Of a stretch of 64,000 nt of DNA, positions 47,298 to 55,000 are shown piece by piece; position 1 is the first letter of the stretch, and the number at the start of each line of letters is the position of its first letter. Position numbers and translations under genes: made by a program. The notes under the pieces were generated by a model. It had not been told where the DNA came from. It did no database searches and saw only the letters and a program-made list of their open reading frames with translations. Origin of the DNA: Bacteroidaceae bacterium (lineage in GTDB: Bacteria > Bacteroidota > Bacteroidia > Bacteroidales > Bacteroidaceae); assembly GCA_045612305.1 (NCBI GenBank), contig JAZKYU010000025.1, forward strand, positions 5,813 through 69,812, in the 5' to 3' direction.

Positions 47298-47425
47298 AAT
47301 CTTTGATGTGATAAATGCAAGGTAAACACCTTTTTTAAAAAAAGAGAAAGGGGCTCTTCTCGTTTTTTTTTGAAATAATTGAAAAAAAATAGCCGAAAAA
47401 TTTGGCAGTAAAAATAAAATGATTG

Positions 47426-47433
47426 TATATTTG
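47426..47433 (+). promoter_or_regulatory. Candidate promoter for perR (-7 TATATTTG; -33 TTTG at 47401-47404)
   Basis: TTTG, 21-nt spacer, TAtaTTTG, 49 nt upstream of the ATG at 47483. Flanked by direct AATGATT repeats. Confidence 0.5.
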
Positions 47434-47482
47434 CAATGATTTCAGAAATGAAGTGCGAGAGAAACAAACAGTAAAAGAAAAA

Positions 47483-47905
47483 ATGAAGACACGTCAAGAG
47501 TTAAAAACAGAGTTGGTGAACGCCGGTATCCGTCCCTCGGTGCAGCGCTTGGCAATATATGAGTTTGTGAAGAACAACCCTGTGCACCCCACAGCCGATG
47601 TTGTTTACGACGCTTTGCGCAACGAGCTTGGATCACTTTCATTAACAACGGTTTACAACACTCTTAAGTTGTTTGTCGACGCAGGCCTTGTGCTTATGCT
47701 CAACATCGACGAGACTTTCCGCTGCTTCGATGGCGACACATCGACCCACGCACACTTTCGTTGCGATAATTGCGGCAAGATAGTCGACTTTAGAATGAAA
47801 AAAGAGTTTCTCTCGATGGTCAAAGGGCTTGAGGGTTACAAAATAAACGAAATACAGATATACCTTAAAGGCCTTTGCCCACAGTGCAATACAGAGAAAA
47901 GATAA
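47483..47905 (+). CDS. perR: Fur-family transcriptional regulator, PerR-like
   Basis: Start moved to 47483 (MKTRQELKTELVNAGIRPSVQRLAIYEF...), giving 140 aa. HPTAD, THAHFRCDNCGKIVDF and a C-terminal CPQC (two CxxC pairs). The PerR call comes from the adjacent rubrerythrin gene and the HAH motif. Confidence 0.8.
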   Translation: MKTRQELKTELVNAGIRPSVQRLAIYEFVKNNPVHPTADVVYDALRNELGSLSLTTVYNTLKLFVDAGLVLMLNIDETFRCFDGDTSTHAHFRCDNCGKIVDFRMKKEFLSMVKGLEGYKINEIQIYLKGLCPQCNTEKR

Positions 47906-47943
47906 AATAGACAAAAAATAATAACAATTAAAATTTTACAATT

Positions 47944-48492
47944 ATGAAAAAGTACATTTGTTCAGTTTGTGGTTATATTCACGAAGGAGAGTCGGCACCC
48001 GAGCGTTGCCCCATGTGTAAAGTTCCCGCCGAGAAGTTCAACGAGATGGTAGAGAACGGCAAGATTGAGTTTGTTCAAGAGCACGTGATAGGTGTTGCAA
48101 AAGGTTGCGACGAGGAGATGATAAAAGACCTCAACAACCACTTTATGGGTGAGTGCACAGAGGTTGGTATGTATCTTGCAATGAGCCGTCAGGCCGACCG
48201 CGAGGGTTATCCCGAGATTGCCGAGGCTTTCAAGCGTTATGCTTGGGAGGAGGCAGAGCACGCTGCTAAATTTGCAGAGCTTCTTGGCGATGTTGTTTGG
48301 GATACAAAAACAAACCTCGACAAGCGTATGAACGCCGAGTCTGGTGCTTGCTCCGACAAGTATCGCATTGCAAAGCGTGCTAAAGAGCTCAACCTCGACG
48401 CTATCCACGACACTGTTCACGAGATGGCCAAGGACGAGGCTCGTCACGGTAAAGGTTTCGAGGGCTTGTTCCACCGTTACTTTGGCAAGTAA
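47944..48492 (+). CDS. rbr: Reverse rubrerythrin (N-terminal rubredoxin-like domain plus C-terminal diiron ferritin-like domain)
   Basis: 182 aa. N-terminal CSVCGY...CPMC Fe(Cys)4 site, then ExxH diiron motifs ([19 protein letters not shown]). The domain order is inverted relative to classical rubrerythrin. Confidence 0.88.
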   Translation: MKKYICSVCGYIHEGESAPERCPMCKVPAEKFNEMVENGKIEFVQEHVIGVAKGCDEEMIKDLNNHFMGECTEVGMYLAMSRQADREGYPEIAEAFKRYAWEEAEHAAKFAELLGDVVWDTKTNLDKRMNAESGACSDKYRIAKRAKELNLDAIHDTVHEMAKDEARHGKGFEGLFHRYFGK

Positions 48493-48507
48493 TTAAAGCA
48501 AAACAAG

Positions 48508-48545
48508 AGCGGGGCGTTTTTAAGAAAACGCCCCGCTTATTTTGT
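48508..48545. terminator. Bidirectional hairpin terminator between rbr and ribH
   Basis: AGCGGGGCGTTTT-TAAG-AAAACGCCCCGCT is a 13-bp stem followed by TATTTTG. Confidence 0.88.
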
Positions 48546-48555
48546 TTATAACCAA

Positions 48556-49038
48556 TTATTTAAAAGCGGCTATCATCTGTAATGCTGTAACAGCGCACTC
48601 GTCGCCCTTGTTGCCTAGTCGGCCACCGCTCCTCTCTTGCGCCTGCAACAGGTTGTTTGTTGTTATGAGGCCGAAGATTACAGGAACATCGTATTCTACG
48701 TTCAGTTTCGATAGGCCTGCGGTAACACCCTCGCATATGTAGTCGAAGTGCGGTGTGTCGCCTCTTATCACACAGCCTATAGCTATCACAGCGTCGTACT
48801 TACTGCTTTTAACCATCTGCGATGCTCCGAAGATAAGTTCAAAACTACCGGGGACCATCACGGTGTCTATATCCTCTTTCTCCACGCCGTTTGTAATAAG
48901 TGTGTTTATTGCTCCATCGCGCAAAGCGTATGTTATCTCGCTGTTCCACTCGGCACAAACGATGCCTATCTTTCTTCCTTTTCCGTTGGCTACTTTGCTT
49001 GCGTCGTAGCTCGAAAGGTTGTGTAATTCTGTTGCCAT
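48556..49038 (-). CDS. ribH: 6,7-Dimethyl-8-ribityllumazine synthase
   Basis: 160 aa. [36 protein letters not shown] motifs. Confidence 0.93.
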   Translation of the reverse strand: MATELHNLSSYDASKVANGKGRKIGIVCAEWNSEITYALRDGAINTLITNGVEKEDIDTVMVPGSFELIFGASQMVKSSKYDAVIAIGCVIRGDTPHFDYICEGVTAGLSKLNVEYDVPVIFGLITTNNLLQAQERSGGRLGNKGDECAVTALQMIAAFK

Positions 49039-49068
49039 AAAATGTTTATTTTAAGGGGTTGCTTAAAT

Positions 49069-49097
49069 AAAAAAGCAGCCCGCAGGCTGCTTTTTTT
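49069..49097. terminator. Hairpin terminator after the TPR gene
   Basis: AAAAAA-GCAGCC-CGCA-GGCTGC-TTTTTTT. Symmetric A/T runs allow termination in both directions. Confidence 0.75.
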
Positions 49098-49113
49098 ATA
49101 TCCTTGCTGTAAA

Positions 49114-49782
49114 TTATTTTACTCGGTTGATGTACTTCTCTATGTCCATAGAGTAGGGCGATGCAGCATACTTGTTTTTAATCTGCTCGTAGAGCTCTGC
49201 TGCATCCTCTTTCTCGCCAAGTGTCTCGTACATAATACCAGCCTGCAACAAGTAGTAGGGGCTTATTGTAACGTTGTTGGCCTTATCTGCAGCCTTCAAG
49301 TAGTTTTTGATTGAAGCCTTTGTGTCGCCAAGCTGTGCGTAGCAGCTACCAAGTGTGCCGTAAACGGAGGGAGCTACCATCTTGTCGTTGCCGTCGAAAG
49401 CTTTCAAGTAGTCGATAGCCTCCTCGTAGCGTGCGAGCTGTGCAAGCGCCATACCTGCATAGGCGTTGGCGATGTTGCCTGCAGCTGTGCCGCTGTACTC
49501 GTCGGCAATTTCTATGAAACCAAGGTTTACACCATCGCCGTTGAGAGCCTGCTCAAAGTTTTGTGCTGCAAAAAGAGCCTCTGCTGCAAAGATAGCCTCC
49601 GAAGCCTCTTTCTCCTTGGGCTCCACAACATAATTGTTGTAGCTTATAGCAGCTACAAGGATAATTGCTATAGCGGCGATAGCTGCAACTATAGGTTTTT
49701 TGTATTTGATAATCAGTGCTTCTGATTGTGAAAGTACCTCATCGGCAATGATGGGTGCTTCGTTTTTAGTTTTGTTGCTCAT
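49114..49782 (-). CDS. Membrane-anchored tetratricopeptide-repeat protein (YfgM-like architecture)
   Basis: 222 aa. N-terminal TM anchor (IVAAIAAIAIILVAAI) followed by TPR-like A/Y/L-rich helical repeats. Confidence 0.7.
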   Translation of the reverse strand: MSNKTKNEAPIIADEVLSQSEALIIKYKKPIVAAIAAIAIILVAAISYNNYVVEPKEKEASEAIFAAEALFAAQNFEQALNGDGVNLGFIEIADEYSGTAAGNIANAYAGMALAQLARYEEAIDYLKAFDGNDKMVAPSVYGTLGSCYAQLGDTKASIKNYLKAADKANNVTISPYYLLQAGIMYETLGEKEDAAELYEQIKNKYAASPYSMDIEKYINRVK

Positions 49783-49823
49783 AAATTATTGTATTTTTTC
49801 GTTATTTTCTAAAAATTCAATCG

Positions 49824-49831
49824 CAAAAGTA
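49824..49831 (-). promoter_or_regulatory. Candidate -7 box TACTTTTG for the TPR gene
   Basis: TAnnTTTG on the minus strand, 41 nt upstream of the ATG at 49782. Confidence 0.4.
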
Positions 49832-49884
49832 ATCAATTTATGTTTAGCAGAAAAATAATAGCACTTTTTTTGTTGTTTACCCCG

Positions 49885-50140
49885 AATATTTTCTTTGCTC
49901 GCTGCAAAATATTAAAGCAAGCTTCGTGCATCTTGCTCATTTGTTGCTATATTTGCAGTGATGCACGTAAATATTTTCTGCACACGCTGCAAAATATATC
50001 GAAGCAAGTTTCATATATCTCGCTCGTTTGTGGCTATATTTGCGGTAAACCGCGAACATAGCCTTCACTCGCTGTGAAATATCAAAGCAAGCTTTGTTTA
50101 TCTCGCTCGTTTGTGGCTATATTTGCGGTAAAATTGAAGA
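49885..50140 (+). repeat. Three tandem ~85-bp repeat units, each carrying a -33/-7 promoter-like module facing recF
   Basis: Periodic landmarks: GCTG(C/T)(A/G)AAAT at 49901/49986/50071, AAGCAAG at 49915/50002/50085, TATATTTGC at 49948/50035/50118. Units 2 and 3 share ATCTCGCTCGTTTGTGGCTATATTTGCGGTAAA exactly. Confidence 0.85.
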
Positions 50141-50184
50141 GGGGCTTTGCGAGCCGCCTTCTTCTTGTTTTTAAGTGTAACTTT

Positions 50185-51291
50185 ATGCGAATAAAAAACT
50201 TATCACTGCTTAACTATAGAAACCTGGCCGATGTTAATGTTGTTTTTTCTAAAAAGATAAACTGCTTTATCGGTAGCAACGGTATGGGCAAAACCAACCT
50301 GCTCGATGCTGTTTACTATCTCTCTTTCTGTAAAAGTGCCGTGAACGTGTCCGATAATATGAACATTATGCACGATGCACCTTTCTTTTTGTTGCAGGGT
50401 GCATACTGCAACGACAGCGGTATAGAGGAAGAGGTCTCTTGCGGTGTTAAGCGTGGCGACAAGAAACAGTTTAAGCGCAACAAAAAGAGCTACGAGCGCC
50501 TCTCCGACCACATAGGTACCATACCTCTTGTTATGATATCTCCTGCCGACAACGAACTTATTGCCGGCGGTAGCGAGGAACGCCGCCGTTTTATGGATGT
50601 TGTTATCTCTCAATACGATAAAGAGTATCTCAATGCCCTCATACGCTACAATCGTGCCTTGCAGCAACGCAACGTGCTGTTGCGTGGTGAGCGTGAGCCC
50701 GACACCGAGATGCTCTCTCTCATAGAGGAGATGATGGCCGTCGAGGCGTTGCGCATAAACCAGGGGCGTCGCTCTTTCATAGAAGAGCTTTTGCCCATAT
50801 TCTCGGAGTTTCACACAGCTATAACAGGCGGGGGCGAGGTCGTGAGCTTGCGCTATCGCAGCGACCTCGACGAGGGCGACCTTGTGCAGCAGTTGTGCGC
50901 GTCGCGCGCAGCCGACCGTCGTTTGGGGCACACTACAAAGGGGTGCCACCGCGACGATCTTGTGATGCAACTTGGTGGTTATGCCATAAAGAAAGAGGGC
51001 TCGCAGGGGCAGAACAAGAGCTATCTTGTTGCGCTCAAGCTGGCACAGTATCATTTTTTGCATAGCAAGGGTGGTGAGACACCTCTCTTGTTGCTCGACG
51101 ATATTTTCGACAAGCTCGACTCGCACCGTGTGGAGCAGATAATAAACCTTGTCTCGGGCGAGCGTTTCGGGCAGATTTTTATAACCGACGTTAACCGCGA
51201 GCACATAGACAATATTTTGGAACACATCGAGGGGGAGTATAAACTTTTCGAGGTTGTTTCGGGTGGTATAGAGTTGATAAAAGAGCGATGA
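50185..51291 (+). CDS. recF: DNA replication and repair protein RecF
   Basis: Start moved to 50185 (MRIKNLSLLNYRNL...). Walker A GSNGMGKTN, signature-like GSQGQNKS, Walker B LLLLDD. 368 aa. The 37 upstream codons of the track ORF read through the repeat. Confidence 0.92.
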   Translation: MRIKNLSLLNYRNLADVNVVFSKKINCFIGSNGMGKTNLLDAVYYLSFCKSAVNVSDNMNIMHDAPFFLLQGAYCNDSGIEEEVSCGVKRGDKKQFKRNKKSYERLSDHIGTIPLVMISPADNELIAGGSEERRRFMDVVISQYDKEYLNALIRYNRALQQRNVLLRGEREPDTEMLSLIEEMMAVEALRINQGRRSFIEELLPIFSEFHTAITGGGEVVSLRYRSDLDEGDLVQQLCASRAADRRLGHTTKGCHRDDLVMQLGGYAIKKEGSQGQNKSYLVALKLAQYHFLHSKGGETPLLLLDDIFDKLDSHRVEQIINLVSGERFGQIFITDVNREHIDNILEHIEGEYKLFEVVSGGIELIKER

Positions 51292-51578
51292 AAAGGGGAG
51301 AAACTAAATCTATAGCCGAGCTTGTGCGCGCTATGTGCCGCGAAGAGGGGTTGGAAACTCCGCTCAACGAGTATCGTCTCATAAACGCGTGGGGCGAGGT
51401 GCTTGGTAGCGCTGTGAGTTTCTACACAAAGGAGCTGCGCATATACAACCAAGTGCTCTATGTAACGCTCACCTCGTCGGTGCTGCGTCACGAACTTTTT
51501 ATGAACCGTAAGTCCATAGTGCACAGGCTCAATCAACACGTTAAAGCGCAGGTTATAACCGATATTATTTTAAGATAA
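51288..51578 (+). CDS. DUF721 (DciA-like) protein
   Basis: 96 aa. ATGA overlap with the recF stop. Pattern ...W.EV.G..V...T....I.N..L.V.L.SS.L..EL, typical of the DUF721 proteins that follow recF in Bacteroidetes. Confidence 0.75.
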   Translation: MKRGETKSIAELVRAMCREEGLETPLNEYRLINAWGEVLGSAVSFYTKELRIYNQVLYVTLTSSVLRHELFMNRKSIVHRLNQHVKAQVITDIILR

Positions 51579-51656
51579 CGGTGCGGCGCTGTTATTTTTT
51601 TGCCTTTTTAGGTGAACTTAATTATTCTTGCGATAGTTTCTCTTTTTTAAAAAGGG

Positions 51657-51664
51657 TACCTTTG
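51657..51664 (+). promoter_or_regulatory. Candidate -7 box TACCTTTG for the nucleoside permease operon
   Basis: TAnnTTTG match 44 nt upstream of the ATG at 51709. Confidence 0.45.
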
Positions 51665-51708
51665 CAAGGTATGCGAAAAACAAAAATTATTTAAAAATAT
51701 TAAGAATT

Positions 51709-52968
51709 ATGCAAGGTAACGGAACAAAAACAAGGCTCATTGTGCTGAGCTTTTTGCAGTTTGCGGTTTGGGGTGCCTATCTCACCTCAATGGGTCGCTA
51801 CTTAGGTAGTGTGGGACTTGGCGAGTATATAGGTTGGTTTTATGCCGTGCAGGGTATAGTCTCCATATTTATGCCCGCAATTATAGGTATTATAGCCGAT
51901 CGCTGGGTGCCTGCACAGCGCATGTTGGCCTTCTGCCACGCTGTTTCGGCTGTGTTTATGATACTCACGGGTTATGTGGGTATGACTAAGGGGGCGGCTG
52001 TCTCTTTCGACAACCTTTTCTGGCTCTATGCTGTGGGCGTCTCTTTCTATATGCCTACGCTTGCCCTTTCAAACTCAGTCTCCTACGTTGTGCTCGATAT
52101 GGCAAAACTAGACACCGTGAAGGCATTCCCCCCTATTCGTGTTTTTGGTACCGTGGGCTTCATAATCTCTATGTGGATAGTAGACTACACAGGCTTCCAG
52201 GCCGACTATAACCAATATTTTGTTTCGGCAGCTTGGGGCTTGTTGCTTGCAGCCTACAGTCTCACTCTTCCCAACTGCCCCGTGGGCAACGGTGGCGAGA
52301 AAAAGTCTATAGCCGCAGCTCTGGGCCTCGATGCCTTTAAACTCTTTGCGCAGAAGCGCATGGCTATCTTCTTCATATTCTCTATGTTGCTTGGTGGTGC
52401 GTTGCAAATTTCCAACGGTTATGCCAACGGTTTTATAGCCGGTTTCGGCGCCATAGAAGAGTATGCCGATACATTTGCTGTTCAGCACACAAATATGCTC
52501 ATCTCGCTCTCGCAGATATCCGAAACGCTTTGCATCTTGCTCATCCCCTTCTTCTTGAGCCGCTTTGGTATTAAGCGTGTGATGCTTATGGCTATGCTTG
52601 CGTGGGTGCTGCGCTTTGGTTTCTTTGCTGTGGGCGACCCCGGTATGCCCGGTGTGCTGCTTTTTGTAGCATCTATGGTTGTTTATGGTGCCGCGTTCGA
52701 CTTTTTCAATATCTCGGGTTCGCTGTTTGTAGACAAAGAGGTACCCGAAAGCCAGCGTTCAAGCGCGCAGGGCTTGTTTATGCTCATGACTAACGGCCTT
52801 GGAGCCTCTATGGGTGTTATAGCTGCACAGGAGGTTGTGAACTATTTTACCAAGAATGGTGAGAACTTTGCAGGCTGGCCCACAGCGTGGTATGTTTTTG
52901 CGGGTTATGCACTTGTGGTAGCTGTTGTTTTTGCTTTGGTATTTAAGGAGAAAAAAGTAGCCCGATAA
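51709..52968 (+). CDS. MFS nucleoside:H+ symporter (NupG/XapB family)
   Basis: 419 aa, 12 TM. N-terminal RLIVLSFLQFAVWGAYLTSMG is characteristic of the Nuc_H_symport family. Confidence 0.8.
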   Translation: MQGNGTKTRLIVLSFLQFAVWGAYLTSMGRYLGSVGLGEYIGWFYAVQGIVSIFMPAIIGIIADRWVPAQRMLAFCHAVSAVFMILTGYVGMTKGAAVSFDNLFWLYAVGVSFYMPTLALSNSVSYVVLDMAKLDTVKAFPPIRVFGTVGFIISMWIVDYTGFQADYNQYFVSAAWGLLLAAYSLTLPNCPVGNGGEKKSIAAALGLDAFKLFAQKRMAIFFIFSMLLGGALQISNGYANGFIAGFGAIEEYADTFAVQHTNMLISLSQISETLCILLIPFFLSRFGIKRVMLMAMLAWVLRFGFFAVGDPGMPGVLLFVASMVVYGAAFDFFNISGSLFVDKEVPESQRSSAQGLFMLMTNGLGASMGVIAAQEVVNYFTKNGENFAGWPTAWYVFAGYALVVAVVFALVFKEKKVAR

Positions 52969-52969
52969 G

Positions 52970-53545
52970 ATGATAGAGCTTGTTGTGAACGATATGATGT
53001 CGAAGGCGTCGGACAGCCGCGCGCACCTTCTTATGTTGCGTGAGCGTGACGGCCTGCGCAGGATAGTTGTTGCGCTTGGCACGCTCGAGGCGCAGGCTGT
53101 TTTGCTTGCTATGCGCAAGTTTCAGTTGCCGCGCCCCTCTACGCACGACCTTTTTTCGTCACTTGCCACAACTTTTGGCTTGGAACTTCTTCACACGCTC
53201 ATTTATAACATAACCGACGGTACCTTCTGCTCGCGCATATTTTATAAGCAGGGCGAGGTTGTGAGGTCGGTCGAAGCCCGCACATCCGACGCCGTAGCCT
53301 TGGCTTTGCGTGCCGATGCACCCATATACATAACCGATGAACTTCTCGATAGAATGTGCATACGCGACGAGCGCAACGGGGCAATATCGGTGCCCATAAC
53401 TGTTGTCGACGAGGAGACCTTGCGCTCGGCTATGGACAGGGCGGTAAAGGAGGAAAACTACGAGCTTGCGATGAAACTGAAAGAGGAGATAGACGCGCGT
53501 CGCAAAGTTGCCTCAAACGATAAAAACGATACAAATACAAAATAA
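52970..53545 (+). CDS. Bifunctional nuclease (BFN/DUF151) family protein with C-terminal UVR motif
   Basis: 191 aa. LLMLRERDGLRRIVVALGTLEAQAVLLA...RPSTHDL core of the DUF151 nuclease fold, and a C-terminal EENYELAMKLKEEID UvrB/C-type helix. Starts 1 nt after the permease stop. Confidence 0.8.
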   Translation: MIELVVNDMMSKASDSRAHLLMLRERDGLRRIVVALGTLEAQAVLLAMRKFQLPRPSTHDLFSSLATTFGLELLHTLIYNITDGTFCSRIFYKQGEVVRSVEARTSDAVALALRADAPIYITDELLDRMCIRDERNGAISVPITVVDEETLRSAMDRAVKEENYELAMKLKEEIDARRKVASNDKNDTNTK

Positions 53546-53546
53546 G

Positions 53547-54251
53547 ATGGCACTATTTTATGTACCCGACATAGCTCTCGACTGGGCTCTCCCCGAGGAG
53601 GAGGCAGCGCACTGCTTGCGCGTGTTGCGCCTCTCTGTAGGCGATGCTCTTGACATAACCGACGGCAAGGGTAATCTCTATAAAACAGAAATTTCTTCTA
53701 TACAAGGCAAGCGTTGCTATGTTCAGGCACGCGAGATTGTGTCTGCTCCCAAAAGTTGGCGTGGAAATATACACATAGCCATAGCGCCCACAAAAAACAT
53801 AGACCGCATAGAGTGGTTAGCCGAAAAGGCTACAGAGATAGGGCTCGACGCTATGACGTTCCTTAATTGTCGCTTTTCGGAGCGCAAGGTAGTTAAGACC
53901 GACCGCATAGAACGCATCGTGGTTTCGGCTATGAAACAGTCGCTCAAGTACACAAAACCTGTGGTGGGCGATATGATAGACTTTAAGAAATTTATTGCAC
54001 AGCCGCGCGAGGGTGCTAAATTTATAGCTCACTGCTACGACGATAGCGAGCGTGTGCTCCTTAAGGATGTGCTGCGTGAGGGCGAGGATGCCACGGTGCT
54101 CATAGGTCCCGAAGGAGACTTTAGCCCCGAGGAGGTGCAGCTTGCTGTGGAGGCCGGCTACACGCCTGTGAGCCTTGGAAGCTCTCGCTTGAGAACAGAA
54201 ACTGCCGGTCTTGCGGCTTGTCACACATTTATACTGAAAAACGAGATTTAA
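53547..54251 (+). CDS. rsmE: 16S rRNA (uracil1498-N3)-methyltransferase RsmE
   Basis: Start moved to 53547 (MALFYVPDI...HCLRVLRL..GD). C-terminal SPOUT knot IGPEGDFSPEE...LGSSRLRTETA. 234 aa. Confidence 0.9.
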   Translation: MALFYVPDIALDWALPEEEAAHCLRVLRLSVGDALDITDGKGNLYKTEISSIQGKRCYVQAREIVSAPKSWRGNIHIAIAPTKNIDRIEWLAEKATEIGLDAMTFLNCRFSERKVVKTDRIERIVVSAMKQSLKYTKPVVGDMIDFKKFIAQPREGAKFIAHCYDDSERVLLKDVLREGEDATVLIGPEGDFSPEEVQLAVEAGYTPVSLGSSRLRTETAGLAACHTFILKNEI

Positions 54252-55000
54252 TGGCCCGCTACTTCATCTACCTCTCTTACGACGGCGCCGCTTATCACGG
54301 GTGGCAGGTGCAGCCCAACGCGGCAACCGTGCAGCAACAGCTCGAGGAGGCCCTCTCCACGCTTATGCGTGTTCCTGTGCAGGTGGTTGGTGCCGGCCGC
54401 ACCGATGCAGGCGTGAACGCAGCCCTTATGGTTGCTCACGTCGATTTTCCCGCCGAGGTCGATGTTAAGCATATAGTCTACAAACTCAACCGTCTATTAC
54501 CGCCCGATATAGCTGTAAAGACCTTGCGTCGTGTGCGCGACGATGCCCACGCTCGTTTCGACGCTATCTCGCGCAAGTATCACTATCGTGTGGTGACAGC
54601 AAAATCCCCCTTTGCCCGTCGATACGCTTGTCGCGTGCAACCCGATGTCGATTTTGCTCTTATGAACAGCGCTGCAGAGATTTTGTATGAATATACAGAC
54701 TTTACAAGCTTCAGCAAGTTGCACACCGATGTTAAAACGAACAACTGCCGCGTGACGAGGGCTGTGTGGCGCAAAACGGGCGACGATGAGTGGCTTTTCG
54801 AGATTGAGGCCGACCGTTTCTTGCGCAATATGGTGCGTGCTATTGTGGGCACGCTGTTGCAGGTGGGGCGTGGCAAGCTCTCGCTCGAAGGTTTCCGCGC
54901 TGTTATCGAGAACAAGGCTCGTGGCGAGGCCGGCGACTCAGCTCCCGGTGAGGCTCTCTTCCTTGTCGATGTTAAATACCCCGAAGATATTTTCCTATGA
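54251..55000 (+). CDS. truA: tRNA pseudouridine(38-40) synthase TruA
   Basis: Start moved to 54251 (MARYFIYLSYDGAAYHGWQVQPN), a TAATG overlap with rsmE. Catalytic GAGRTDAGVNA. 249 aa. Confidence 0.92.
   Translation: MARYFIYLSYDGAAYHGWQVQPNAATVQQQLEEALSTLMRVPVQVVGAGRTDAGVNAALMVAHVDFPAEVDVKHIVYKLNRLLPPDIAVKTLRRVRDDAHARFDAISRKYHYRVVTAKSPFARRYACRVQPDVDFALMNSAAEILYEYTDFTSFSKLHTDVKTNNCRVTRAVWRKTGDDEWLFEIEADRFLRNMVRAIVGTLLQVGRGKLSLEGFRAVIENKARGEAGDSAPGEALFLVDVKYPEDIFL

Noticed and set aside
47183-47497. 104-aa minus-strand ORF between the ABC-F gene and perR
   Set aside because: It lies in AT-rich promoter and leader DNA. The translation is F/K/I-rich, and it overlaps both candidate promoters.
49840-50061. 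73-aa ORF in the TPR/recF intergenic region
   Set aside because: It reads straight through the tandem 85-bp repeats, so its sequence is itself repetitive (…CCYICSD…/…VCGYICG…). It is an artefact of the repeat rather than a gene.
49885-50140. The repeats as a CRISPR array or as oriC/DnaA-box cluster (recF is often origin-proximal, and TGTGGCTAT resembles TGTGGATAA)
   Set aside because: The units are contiguous with no unique spacers and are far longer than CRISPR repeats, and no cas genes are present. The DnaA-box resemblance is only 7 of 9 positions, occurs once per unit in two units, there is no dnaA or dnaN nearby, and no AT-rich unwinding element is evident.
50203-51225. 340-aa minus-strand ORF
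   Set aside because: It is antisense to recF, which has Walker A/B motifs and a signature motif. The ORF has no independent support.
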